Source: Planctomycetota bacterium
Lineage (GTDB): Bacteria > Planctomycetota > UBA1135 > UBA2386
Length of the DNA stretch: 64,000 bases
Direction of reading: 5' to 3'
NCBI GenBank assembly: GCA_965223545.1
Contig: OZ245006.1
Location: 800,001-864,000, forward strand
Positions 26,492 to 35,173 of this stretch are shown piece by piece (positions within the stretch are counted from its first letter, which is position 1; every line of letters begins with the position of its first letter). The notes beneath the pieces were generated by a model, which searched no databases, was not told the origin of the DNA, and worked only from the letters and a program-made list of their open reading frames with translations. The position numbers and the translations under genes are program-made.

Positions 26492-29179
26492 TCAGGGGAG
26501 TCGGGTGCCGGTGATGACGGCGGTGCCGTCGACCGCGATGGTAGCGCGCGACCACCAGGCGTCGCCCTCGAGCCAATCGATCGTGGTCGTCGTCACCGAG
26601 CCGGAAAGCGGATGGGTGCGCGAGAACCGGGCGGTCAGCGGGCGGGGCTGGCCGGCGCCATAGGTCAGCTGCTGCTGGAAGGCGGGCGTCCCCGTCAGCC
26701 GGGGCGTGAGCACCGTCGTTTGCGGAGCGCTGGACAACTCCGGAAAGTCGAGGATCAGCCCTCGCCCCAGTGGGTCGCCGCACCACATCCACGACCGCGC
26801 GGCGAAGGGGTTGTCGTGCGCGGCGATCACGGTCCCCGCGGCGTCGAGCACGCGCGCGCGCACCAAGGCCATGCGGTCGAGGTCGAAGGTCAGCCGCCAG
26901 TCGCCAAAGCCGTCCTGTGACGTGACCCGGACGTCCGCCAACGGCGGCGTGCGCGGGTTGTCATCGGCCGAGATCGACTCGACGAGATACTCGTACACCG
27001 AGTTGACCGCTGTCGTCGTGATTGCCGCGACCGCCTTGATCGGGACGGGCAGCTGGTAGGAGTACTGCACTCTCCAACGGTCGCCCACGCGCCACCGCGG
27101 CCAACGGGCCAGGGCGCGCGCCGAGGCCCCGGTCTCACTGCGAGCCGGGGCCGCTACTGCTGTCCTCGCCACCGGCACTCGGAACTCCGATCGCAGCGAC
27201 AGCCCCAGCCACGCCAGCCGATCGGCGCGGACCTCGGGATTGGACGTCGTCGCCGGTGGCACCTGGGCGGCAAACGCGCGGGCCGCGGGCCGCACGTCGG
27301 CGAGCAGCCACGGCACGAACCGGTCCGGCGGCTCGGGGGACGCCACCGGCGGATCGACGGTGAACGACCGCCAATTCTGCCGCACCTGCGCGCCACTCCC
27401 CGTGCTCAGCACACCATCCTCGAGGACCTCACCACTGGTGCCGTAGAGCAACAAGTACTCGGTGGCGAAGCGCAGCGGCCCCGGCGAAGACGGCGCGCTG
27501 GCGTCGCTGGGCGGCGCGTAGTCGTTGTTGGTCGTGAAGCGATTGACAACCTGGATCTGACGAATCGTCTCGGTCTCCGGGTCGCCGATCGCCGCCGGGT
27601 CCTCGCGCAACTCGGCGGTGTAGGAATAGCACGCCTGGTTCCAGACTTGCGGCGGCTGTGGCTGGTACTGGCCCCGCACCTTGCGCCACATCTGCGGGCC
27701 GTCGTGCTGCCGCAGAGTCATCGAGAACGGGACCGCTTGGTCCTTGAGCAGGCCGCGAAAGAAGTCGTGGAAGCGATGCACGCTGGCATCGATGGCATCC
27801 GTCGCCGCGGCCGTCGCGAGCTCGCCCTTCCTCGGATCGGCGATCTCCACTCCCTTCACCACCTGCCCGCCGAAGTACTCCGCCGCCAAGCCCTCCAACT
27901 CATCGTCCGAGAACCCGAGCGTCGCCCGCGGTTGCTCCAGCAGGATCGACGCGATCACCGCGCCGTGGCAGTGCCCCGCCCACCCCGGCTGCGCCGTCGA
28001 GCGGTGCCCGACGCTGCCGGGGGCCATGCACTGGCTGGCGCAATCGAGAGTCTCCCATGCCTGCGCCGCGCCGAACAGGCCAAAGAGGCTGTCGAACTTG
28101 GCCAGCGTGCCGTCGTAGAGGTTCGGGTCGGCGGCGTCGACGAGAGGATAGTACCAGTAGTCCCACGGGACCGATGAGGCGGTTCCCGTTTGCTCGAAGC
28201 GGGTGGAGACCACGTGCGACACGCCGCCGGTGCCGGCGACGTCGAAGGTGTACCAACCGTGAGCACCGTGCGGCACCGTATACGTCAGCGGCGAGGACAA
28301 CGGCACACCGACGTCGACTCCCTGTGGGGTCGTCAGCTTGCTGATCGCGCCGCGGTCGGTATCCAGCGTGAGCACGCCCCCCCACCGCGTGGGCACGTAG
28401 ACGCGGTACTGCCCGGGATCGAGGGTGGACACGACCGAGCCACCGAGCGGGACCTTGACGATGGCGGGCGACGGCGTCAACCGCACTTCGGTATAGGCGT
28501 CGGCGTACTGCCCCGTGCCGCCGATGGTGCAGGAGAAGTCGCTGCGGGTCTCGATGTCGAAGGTGTCCCCCACTTCGGCGTCGAACACGAAGACGAGGTC
28601 GTGCAACCAGCTCTCGCCCGTGCTGGCGTAGAGCGTGCGGCGGAACCACGGCGCGTTGGGTCGCTCGATGGCGACGTGCGTTCGGGCGTAGCCGGCACTG
28701 CTTCGCGCTTGCGCATACTGGCGAACATGCGCGTGGACGACGACGCCGCCGGCCGCTGGTCCCGACGCCGTCGGCACGACCAGCGCCCGCGTCCTCGCGC
28801 CGCAGGCAAACGAGTGGCCGCCCTGGGCCAGGCCCAAGCGCTGCGCCAGCGAGCGCTGGTAGAGGTGGGGTAGGGGCGGGGTCGGAGTCAGCCACGGCCC
28901 GCCGAGGGTGAACATCGAATCGACGGCGCCGGCATTGGTCTGGATGCGGTAGTTGCCGGTCACGACCGTCTGACAGCCGGTCGGCGGCGGATAGTACTCG
29001 ACGAGCGAACCCGGGAACGCGTGGGTGAAGGCACTCGTGCCGATCCCGGGAGCGACGACGCTGTGCGGGAGCAGCTCGTAGTCGATGAAGCGCAGCGCCA
29101 AACGCGGATTCTGAGCGAACGCGGTGCTGGCGAGCGCGAGGCCGGCGAGCAGGAGCCAGCAGCATTGCGAACGCGCCAT
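26492..29179 (-). CDS. Secreted multidomain protein with a transglutaminase-elicitor (GP42)-like domain
   Basis: Signal ends AFA-Q. Motifs PWDYWYYP, LAKFDSLFG, GWAGHCHG, FSDDELEGL and QVWNQ occur in the family's order. Confidence 0.7.
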   Translation of the reverse strand: MARSQCCWLLLAGLALASTAFAQNPRLALRFIDYELLPHSVVAPGIGTSAFTHAFPGSLVEYYPPPTGCQTVVTGNYRIQTNAGAVDSMFTLGGPWLTPTPPLPHLYQRSLAQRLGLAQGGHSFACGARTRALVVPTASGPAAGGVVVHAHVRQYAQARSSAGYARTHVAIERPNAPWFRRTLYASTGESWLHDLVFVFDAEVGDTFDIETRSDFSCTIGGTGQYADAYTEVRLTPSPAIVKVPLGGSVVSTLDPGQYRVYVPTRWGGVLTLDTDRGAISKLTTPQGVDVGVPLSSPLTYTVPHGAHGWYTFDVAGTGGVSHVVSTRFEQTGTASSVPWDYWYYPLVDAADPNLYDGTLAKFDSLFGLFGAAQAWETLDCASQCMAPGSVGHRSTAQPGWAGHCHGAVIASILLEQPRATLGFSDDELEGLAAEYFGGQVVKGVEIADPRKGELATAAATDAIDASVHRFHDFFRGLLKDQAVPFSMTLRQHDGPQMWRKVRGQYQPQPPQVWNQACYSYTAELREDPAAIGDPETETIRQIQVVNRFTTNNDYAPPSDASAPSSPGPLRFATEYLLLYGTSGEVLEDGVLSTGSGAQVRQNWRSFTVDPPVASPEPPDRFVPWLLADVRPAARAFAAQVPPATTSNPEVRADRLAWLGLSLRSEFRVPVARTAVAAPARSETGASARALARWPRWRVGDRWRVQYSYQLPVPIKAVAAITTTAVNSVYEYLVESISADDNPRTPPLADVRVTSQDGFGDWRLTFDLDRMALVRARVLDAAGTVIAAHDNPFAARSWMWCGDPLGRGLILDFPELSSAPQTTVLTPRLTGTPAFQQQLTYGAGQPRPLTARFSRTHPLSGSVTTTTIDWLEGDAWWSRATIAVDGTAVITGTRLP

Positions 29180-29201
29180 GGCTACCGGGATTCCGTACGT
29201 G

Positions 29202-31040
29202 CTACCAAGACTCATCGATGGCTTGGGTCGTGGGGTGCGCGGTTGCGATCACGCTGCCGGTGAGCGAGCCGCCGCCGGAGAACCGCACGGTGAGGCGGTC
29301 TCCGGGTCGGACCTCGATGCGCTGTAGCTGCAGGAGCGCCCTGCCTGAATCGACGGCAGCGACGACCACCCGACCGGTGGCCGGACGACCGCGCAGGAAC
29401 TCTTGGGCGGCGCGGCCGCCGGCGTAGTGCTGCCACTCGGCGACGTAGGTTCCGACGGGGTTGCCGATCTCCATCTTTGCCCAGACCGGCCCGGTCACCC
29501 AGCCGCCAACCGTGCCGCAGCGAGTGAGCGCGATGGCACCCAACTCGTCGTCTGCGGGCCGCTGCAGGCTCAGGAAGCCGCCCTTGCCCAGCACGACCAA
29601 GCCGCGCTCGATCGGCACTCCGCGCAGGCGAAACGCCCCGTCCTTGTCCGACCGAACGGCCGCCACGGGCACGTCCGCGCCGCTTGCGTGCGCGGTGCGC
29701 GGCGATCGGGAGTAGTAGACGCGGACGCCCTCGACCGCGACGCCGTCGCTCAGCACGCGCCCCACGCACTCGCGACCGCGCGCCAACGCAACGCGCACGG
29801 CATCGTCGTCATTCTGCACGTCGAGGGCGGCTTCGGCGAAGCCGTCGGCCAACACTCTCACCCGAGTGCGCCCGATCACCGACGGGAATTGCGCAATGCC
29901 GCGATCACCGCTGCGGGCCCGCGAGTAGGTGCCATTCTCGCCAAAGGCCCAGACTTCGGCGTCGGCAACCACGCGCCCCTCCGCCGCCGTCTCCACCAGC
30001 ACTTCGAGCGCGCGATCGCGCAGCACACGCAGATCGAGCGTGGACGCGGTGTCGATCGCCGACCAAAACTCCGCTGCCGGCCACGCCCCGGTCGCCTTCG
30101 CACCGGATTCGGTGACTCCGTCGACTCGATACCGGGCGCGCGCGAGCGGAACACTCTCGAGGCGGCAAAGCCCGTGCCGATCGGTGCGGACCTCCGGCAA
30201 CCAATCCAAGCGCAACCCGTAGACCTCGGCCAGGTCCAGGGGCCGGCCGCTCAGGACCTCGCCCGCGGCGGACAGCCGAATCTGCACGTCGCGGCCGCTT
30301 TCGACGCAGACACACTCGACGACGGTCTCCTCCGGGCTCGGCCACTTCACCAGCATTGCATAGCCGACGGGCGTCACGCGCAGCATCTCGACCGAGTCGC
30401 CGTCCGCCAGCGGGACGAGGGCCACACCGTCGCTTCCGGTCTCGGTCCTGCGGCTGCCGCGCGAGGTCTGCGCCCAGATCCGCGCGCGGACGGGCTCCAG
30501 GGTTCTGCCCATGACCCGGACCTCGAGATGCCGGGTCACCCGCCGAACGACGAGATCGCCGAACCTGGCGCTGCGAGCTGCGGCATCGGACAAAGGCGCG
30601 GCGGCGAAGCGCTCGTGCACGAACCGATCGTCGGCGGAGCCAGAGTAGACGTGCCCGTCGCGGGGCAGCGCACCGCGTTCGAGCGAGAGCGCATACTCAC
30701 CACCGCCGGTCGAGATCACCGAACTCAGCTCCGCCAGCTCGCCCGCATCGGAACGACCGAGGATCGCGACCGCGACACCGGCCAGGCCGACACCGGTTTC
30801 GTCGACGACGCGGCCGGCGAGGGAGACCGTGGCATCTGCGATGGGATCGGTCGGGGCGATCCGGTCGCCAGGAAGGCGTGAGCGCCGCTCAGGTAGGACA
30901 ACACGGGACGTGCCGCCGTCCGACGTCGAGTGGGTCGCAGCCGGCGAAGGTGTGCCTGCGGCGGGCGCCGCCGCGTTGAGCCAGGCCAACCAGGCGACAA
31001 GGAGCGCCATCGCGACACATGCGAACGCGGCTCGCTTCAT
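29202..31040 (-). CDS. Membrane-anchored carboxypeptidase regulatory-like domain repeat protein
   Basis: MKRAAFACVAMALLVAWLAWL, then GRVVDETGVGLAGVAV and GRVLSDGVAVEGVRV...SDKDGAFRLRGVP. Ends 22 nt before the next gene. Confidence 0.8.
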   Translation of the reverse strand: MKRAAFACVAMALLVAWLAWLNAAAPAAGTPSPAATHSTSDGGTSRVVLPERRSRLPGDRIAPTDPIADATVSLAGRVVDETGVGLAGVAVAILGRSDAGELAELSSVISTGGGEYALSLERGALPRDGHVYSGSADDRFVHERFAAAPLSDAAARSARFGDLVVRRVTRHLEVRVMGRTLEPVRARIWAQTSRGSRRTETGSDGVALVPLADGDSVEMLRVTPVGYAMLVKWPSPEETVVECVCVESGRDVQIRLSAAGEVLSGRPLDLAEVYGLRLDWLPEVRTDRHGLCRLESVPLARARYRVDGVTESGAKATGAWPAAEFWSAIDTASTLDLRVLRDRALEVLVETAAEGRVVADAEVWAFGENGTYSRARSGDRGIAQFPSVIGRTRVRVLADGFAEAALDVQNDDDAVRVALARGRECVGRVLSDGVAVEGVRVYYSRSPRTAHASGADVPVAAVRSDKDGAFRLRGVPIERGLVVLGKGGFLSLQRPADDELGAIALTRCGTVGGWVTGPVWAKMEIGNPVGTYVAEWQHYAGGRAAQEFLRGRPATGRVVVAAVDSGRALLQLQRIEVRPGDRLTVRFSGGGSLTGSVIATAHPTTQAIDESW

Positions 31041-31339
31041 CGAGGACGAGGTTAGCCCGGGGCTCGCAGGTGATCGCCCCCTACGCCGTCCGATGGACTC
31101 GCCGGGCTCCTCCCACCCCAGATTCGGTAAATCTTGCCGATTCGACTTTCCATGGCCGGGGCGCGCATCGCTTGGTGTTTGGTCCAGTACGTCGGCAGAT
31201 CGTGTGCACAAGCTGCACGAGTCACTGCACCCCGGGTTGACAACTCCAAGCGTTTAGGCAACTTATAGTCCCGAAACTAGGAGTTTCCCCCTACCCTCTT
31301 CCCAGGGTCGGTTTCGCGTTAGCCCCTTTCCACACCACC

Positions 31340-32494
31340 ATGATGCATCGCACTCACTCTTCCCCCTGGCGCGGTCGCCGAGTCCTGGTCACCGGCGCCT
31401 GTGGCACGGTCGGCAAGGAGCTGATCCGTTATCTGGCCACCCAAGGCGTCCGTGAAATTGTCGGCGTTGACAACAACGAGAGTGCGCTGTTCTTCATGGA
31501 CAACAAGTACCAAGATTTGCGGAATGCGCGCTTCTACCACTGCGACATCTGCGACTTGGGTAGCCTGTCGTCGCTGGTCGCGGGCGTGGACACGATCTTG
31601 CACACGGCTGCACTCAAGCACGTCTCCCTTTGCGAACGGTCTCCCCGCAGCGCGGTTGAGGCCAACATCGCGGGGGTCCAGAACGTGATCGAGGCTGCAC
31701 AGCAGCACTCGGTGGAACGTGTGCTGTTCACTTCGTCCGACAAGGCGGTCAACCCGACGAGCGTGATGGGCACGACCAAGCTCATGGGCGAACGCCTGAT
31801 GACCTCCGCCCAGGCACACCAGCGCAACTCGAGGACGGTGTTCGCGTCGACGCGGTTCGGCAACGTGTTGGGCAGCCGAGGCTCGGTGATTCCCCTGTTC
31901 CAGCGACAGATCGCCGAGGGCGGCCCCGTGACGCTGACCAGCAAGGCGATGACTCGCTTCGTCATGACCCTCGAACAAGCGGCACGGTTGGTGACCGACT
32001 CCGTGTTTCTAGCGCGCGGCGGGGAAGTGCTGGCAACCAAGATGCCGTCCGTGCGCATCGAAGACCTCGCGGTCACGATGATCGAGGAGTTGGCTCCGCT
32101 CCACGGTCGGGATCCGCAGGATATCCGCGTGCAGGTCATCGGCGCGAAGTCCGGTGAAAAGGACTACGAGGAGCTGCTCAGCAGCGAGGAGACCCGCCGC
32201 ACGATGGAGCTGCCCAACTACTACGCGATCCTGCCCGCCTTCCGTTCGGAGTACCGAGACATCGTCTACGACTATCCCGGAGCCGACGGCGTCGTCGGTC
32301 GAGCCCAGCCATACCACTCGGGCAAGCAAGAGGCCATGACCCGCGCCGAACTCGCGCGGTTCCTGCGAGACGCGGGCCTGCTCGAAGGCAGTGAGAACCG
32401 CGTCGACGCAGGCCGCCAACGCTTGCATGCGACCAACCACCGGGCGGGCGCCAACGGACAACCCGCGGTGACCTCGGCCAGCGCCCTCCAATGA
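31340..32494 (+). CDS. Nucleotide-sugar 4,6-dehydratase (Polysacc_synt_2; CapD/PseB-like)
   Basis: VLVTGACGTVG, HTAALKHV, SSDKAVNPTSVMGTTK, TRFGNVLGSRGSVIP, MTRF, GEKDYEEL. Confidence 0.92.
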   Translation: MMHRTHSSPWRGRRVLVTGACGTVGKELIRYLATQGVREIVGVDNNESALFFMDNKYQDLRNARFYHCDICDLGSLSSLVAGVDTILHTAALKHVSLCERSPRSAVEANIAGVQNVIEAAQQHSVERVLFTSSDKAVNPTSVMGTTKLMGERLMTSAQAHQRNSRTVFASTRFGNVLGSRGSVIPLFQRQIAEGGPVTLTSKAMTRFVMTLEQAARLVTDSVFLARGGEVLATKMPSVRIEDLAVTMIEELAPLHGRDPQDIRVQVIGAKSGEKDYEELLSSEETRRTMELPNYYAILPAFRSEYRDIVYDYPGADGVVGRAQPYHSGKQEAMTRAELARFLRDAGLLEGSENRVDAGRQRLHATNHRAGANGQPAVTSASALQ

Positions 32495-33699
32495 GAGTCC
32501 TGATTCTGGGCGCGGACGGCTACCTCGGTTGGCCCACTGCGATGCACATGGCCGCCCGTGGCCACACGGTGACCGCGGTTGACAACTACCTGCGCCGATC
32601 GATCGCGCAAAAGACCGACTCGGAGGCACTGTTCGCCACACCGAACCTACCGAGGCGCGCGGAACGATTCAGATCCGAGTCGGGCTTCGCGGTGCACACC
32701 GAAGTCGGAGACTGCGCGGAGTACCGCTTCCTCGAACACCTGTTCCGCGAGTATGCCCCAGAAGCCGTCATCCACTACGCGGAACAGCCCTCCGCGCCGT
32801 ACTCGATGATGGGGTTCGACCAGGCACGACTCACGCTGCGCAACAACTTGGACGTCACGTTCAACGTCATCTGGGCGATGCTCGAGCACGCTCCCGACAG
32901 CCACCTCATCAAGCTCGGCACGATGGGAGAGTACGGGACGCCCAACATCGACATCGAAGAGGGCTGGCTCACGGTCGAACACAACGGGCGCTCGCAGAAG
33001 TTCCTCTATCCGCGCGCCGCAGGCAGCCTGTACCACACGACGAAGGTGCTCGACACGGACTTGCTGTGGTTCTACGTGCGCACCCACGCCCTTCGCGTGA
33101 CCGACTTGATGCAGGGACCGGTCTACGGGCTCTCCACGCCCGAAGCCAACTTGCACCACGACCTCGCTCCCAATTTTCATTACGACGACATCTTCGGAAC
33201 CGTGGTCAACCGCTTTCTCGTGCAAGCTGTTGCCGGAGTTCCGCTCACCGTGTACGGCAAGGGAGGACAGAAGCGCGGGTATCTCAACCTCGAGGACACG
33301 CTGCAATGCATCGAACTCGCGATGAACAACCCCGTTTCCGCCGGGGAGCTGCGAGTTCTTAATCAGTTCACCGAAGTTTTCTCGGTCAACGATCTGGCGG
33401 CGCGCGTCCAACGCGCCGGTGAGCAGCTCGGGTTGGAAGTTGTCGTCGAGCCGATCGCCAACCCGCGCAAGGAAGCGGAGGACCACTACTACAACCCTGC
33501 TCACTCCGGTCTGCCCTCACTCGGCCTACAACCGCACCTGATGACCGACGAGGTCCTCGCGGCGATGATGCGCCGCGTCGTCACCCACCGCAGCCACATT
33601 GACCGCTCACGCATCGCGCCGCGGGTCCGGTGGAACGAGCCGGCGCCGCCCCGAACCACCATGCGAACATCGCGGGGCCGGCCCGCCAAACACCCGTAG
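32491..33699 (+). CDS. sqdB: UDP-sulfoquinovose synthase (SQD1/SqdB/Agl3 family)
   Basis: LGADGYLGWPT, AEQPSAPYSM, HLIKLGTMGEYGTPNIDIEEG, GSLYHTTK, TDLMQGPVYG, FGTVVNRF, NQFTE, NPRKEAEDHYY. Confidence 0.93.
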   Translation: MRVLILGADGYLGWPTAMHMAARGHTVTAVDNYLRRSIAQKTDSEALFATPNLPRRAERFRSESGFAVHTEVGDCAEYRFLEHLFREYAPEAVIHYAEQPSAPYSMMGFDQARLTLRNNLDVTFNVIWAMLEHAPDSHLIKLGTMGEYGTPNIDIEEGWLTVEHNGRSQKFLYPRAAGSLYHTTKVLDTDLLWFYVRTHALRVTDLMQGPVYGLSTPEANLHHDLAPNFHYDDIFGTVVNRFLVQAVAGVPLTVYGKGGQKRGYLNLEDTLQCIELAMNNPVSAGELRVLNQFTEVFSVNDLAARVQRAGEQLGLEVVVEPIANPRKEAEDHYYNPAHSGLPSLGLQPHLMTDEVLAAMMRRVVTHRSHIDRSRIAPRVRWNEPAPPRTTMRTSRGRPAKHP

Positions 33700-33757
33700 C
33701 CGTGCGGAACGCTCCTCGCTGGCGCCTTGCACTTTGCCCTGCGCGCACGCGACACCG

Positions 33758-35062
33758 ATGAGGCAATGGGCAACTAGCTCGGAGAAGCGGCTACAGTTTG
33801 GCCTTCTCCTCGGCGACGTGCTCGCGTTCGTGGCCAGTACCGCCATCGTCGTCGCGCTCGGGATCGGCGGCAGACATGACGGCTCCGCGCAAAGGGTGCT
33901 GCCGGTGTTCCTCCTGCTGGGCGTGTACCTTACCGTGTACTACGTCAGCGACCTCTACTCGGTGCAGCGGCGCCACTCGGCGACCCGACAACCTGCACTG
34001 ACCTCCACCTCGACCGCGCTGGTCCTGATCATCGCGATCCTCGTCGGCACTGTCTTTCCATCCGTCCAGGCGCTCCCCCTGCGCGGGCTCCTCCCCCACG
34101 CCGCCCTGATGCTGTTGGCGGCCAGCGCTTGGCGCCGTGTCTTCTTCCGCAGGCTGCTGCCCGCCTACCCGGCCCGTTCGATCGGCTTGCTGGGCGACCT
34201 TTCTGCCGAATGCGAAATCTTGCAGGAAGTTGCAGAGTCCGCCCCCAACCTCACGATCGACCCCGCGGACACGGAAACCCCCGACCTGTGGGTGTGTCCG
34301 GTCCAACGCCAGGTGGACGAGGACACCTTGGCGCGCGCGGTGTCGTTGCGGCTCGCCGGTGAGACGGTTCTCGACCTTCCCAACCTCTGCGCGGCCCGGC
34401 TCGGTCGAATCCCGGTTTCCACCATCGACGCCTCCTGGATCATTCAAAACGTCGGACAACACCGATCGATGACCGGAGAGCGCCTGCGCCGCCTGCTCGA
34501 CGTCGCGGGCTCCCTGCTTGCGATCGTCATCACCAGCCCCTTCTTGGCCGTCGCCGCCGCGATGGTGAAACTGACGTCACGCGGCCCGGTGCTGTTCGTG
34601 CAAGAACGGCTCGGACGCTTCGAACAGCCGTTTCCGTGCTACAAGATTCGCACCATGGTGCAGGACGCCGAGGCGCAGACCGGCCCCAGGTGGGCGGAGG
34701 CAAACGACCCACGCATCACGCCGGTGGGTCGTTTCCTGCGCAAGTCCCGGCTCGACGAGTTGCCCCAGCTGTTCAACGTCTTGCGCGGTGAGATGGGTCT
34801 CGTCGGTTTCCGCCCGATCCGACGCCACTTTGCCGACAAGCTCGCGCCACAGATCCCGTTCTATCACGCGCGCTTCGGAATCAAGCCCGGACTGACCGGC
34901 TGGCCGCAAGTTCGCCACCGCAACTCGTACGCGGGATCGATCGACGACCAAGTCGAAAAGTTCGAGTACGAGCTGTTCTACCTCGCGCACCGATCGCTGC
35001 TGGTCGATGCCTACATCGCCATCAAGACCGTACAGGTCATGTTTTGCGTACGGGGCCAGTAG
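33758..35062 (+). CDS. Polyprenyl-phosphate priming sugar transferase (WcaJ/CpsE-like)
   Basis: Four N-terminal TMs and a Bac_transf domain: SRGPVLFVQERLG, KIRTM, DPRITPVGRFLRKSRLDELPQLFNVLRGEM, KPGLTGWPQV. Confidence 0.93.
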   Translation: MRQWATSSEKRLQFGLLLGDVLAFVASTAIVVALGIGGRHDGSAQRVLPVFLLLGVYLTVYYVSDLYSVQRRHSATRQPALTSTSTALVLIIAILVGTVFPSVQALPLRGLLPHAALMLLAASAWRRVFFRRLLPAYPARSIGLLGDLSAECEILQEVAESAPNLTIDPADTETPDLWVCPVQRQVDEDTLARAVSLRLAGETVLDLPNLCAARLGRIPVSTIDASWIIQNVGQHRSMTGERLRRLLDVAGSLLAIVITSPFLAVAAAMVKLTSRGPVLFVQERLGRFEQPFPCYKIRTMVQDAEAQTGPRWAEANDPRITPVGRFLRKSRLDELPQLFNVLRGEMGLVGFRPIRRHFADKLAPQIPFYHARFGIKPGLTGWPQVRHRNSYAGSIDDQVEKFEYELFYLAHRSLLVDAYIAIKTVQVMFCVRGQ

Positions 35063-35173
35063 TGATGCCCTGCCGCCCGACTTCACGAGCAGCGCTGGGC
35101 CTCTACGACAAGCCGCTAGACGACGCGTCACCGGCAACGGAACAGATTGGCCACCGAGCGAGGCCGGCGTAGC

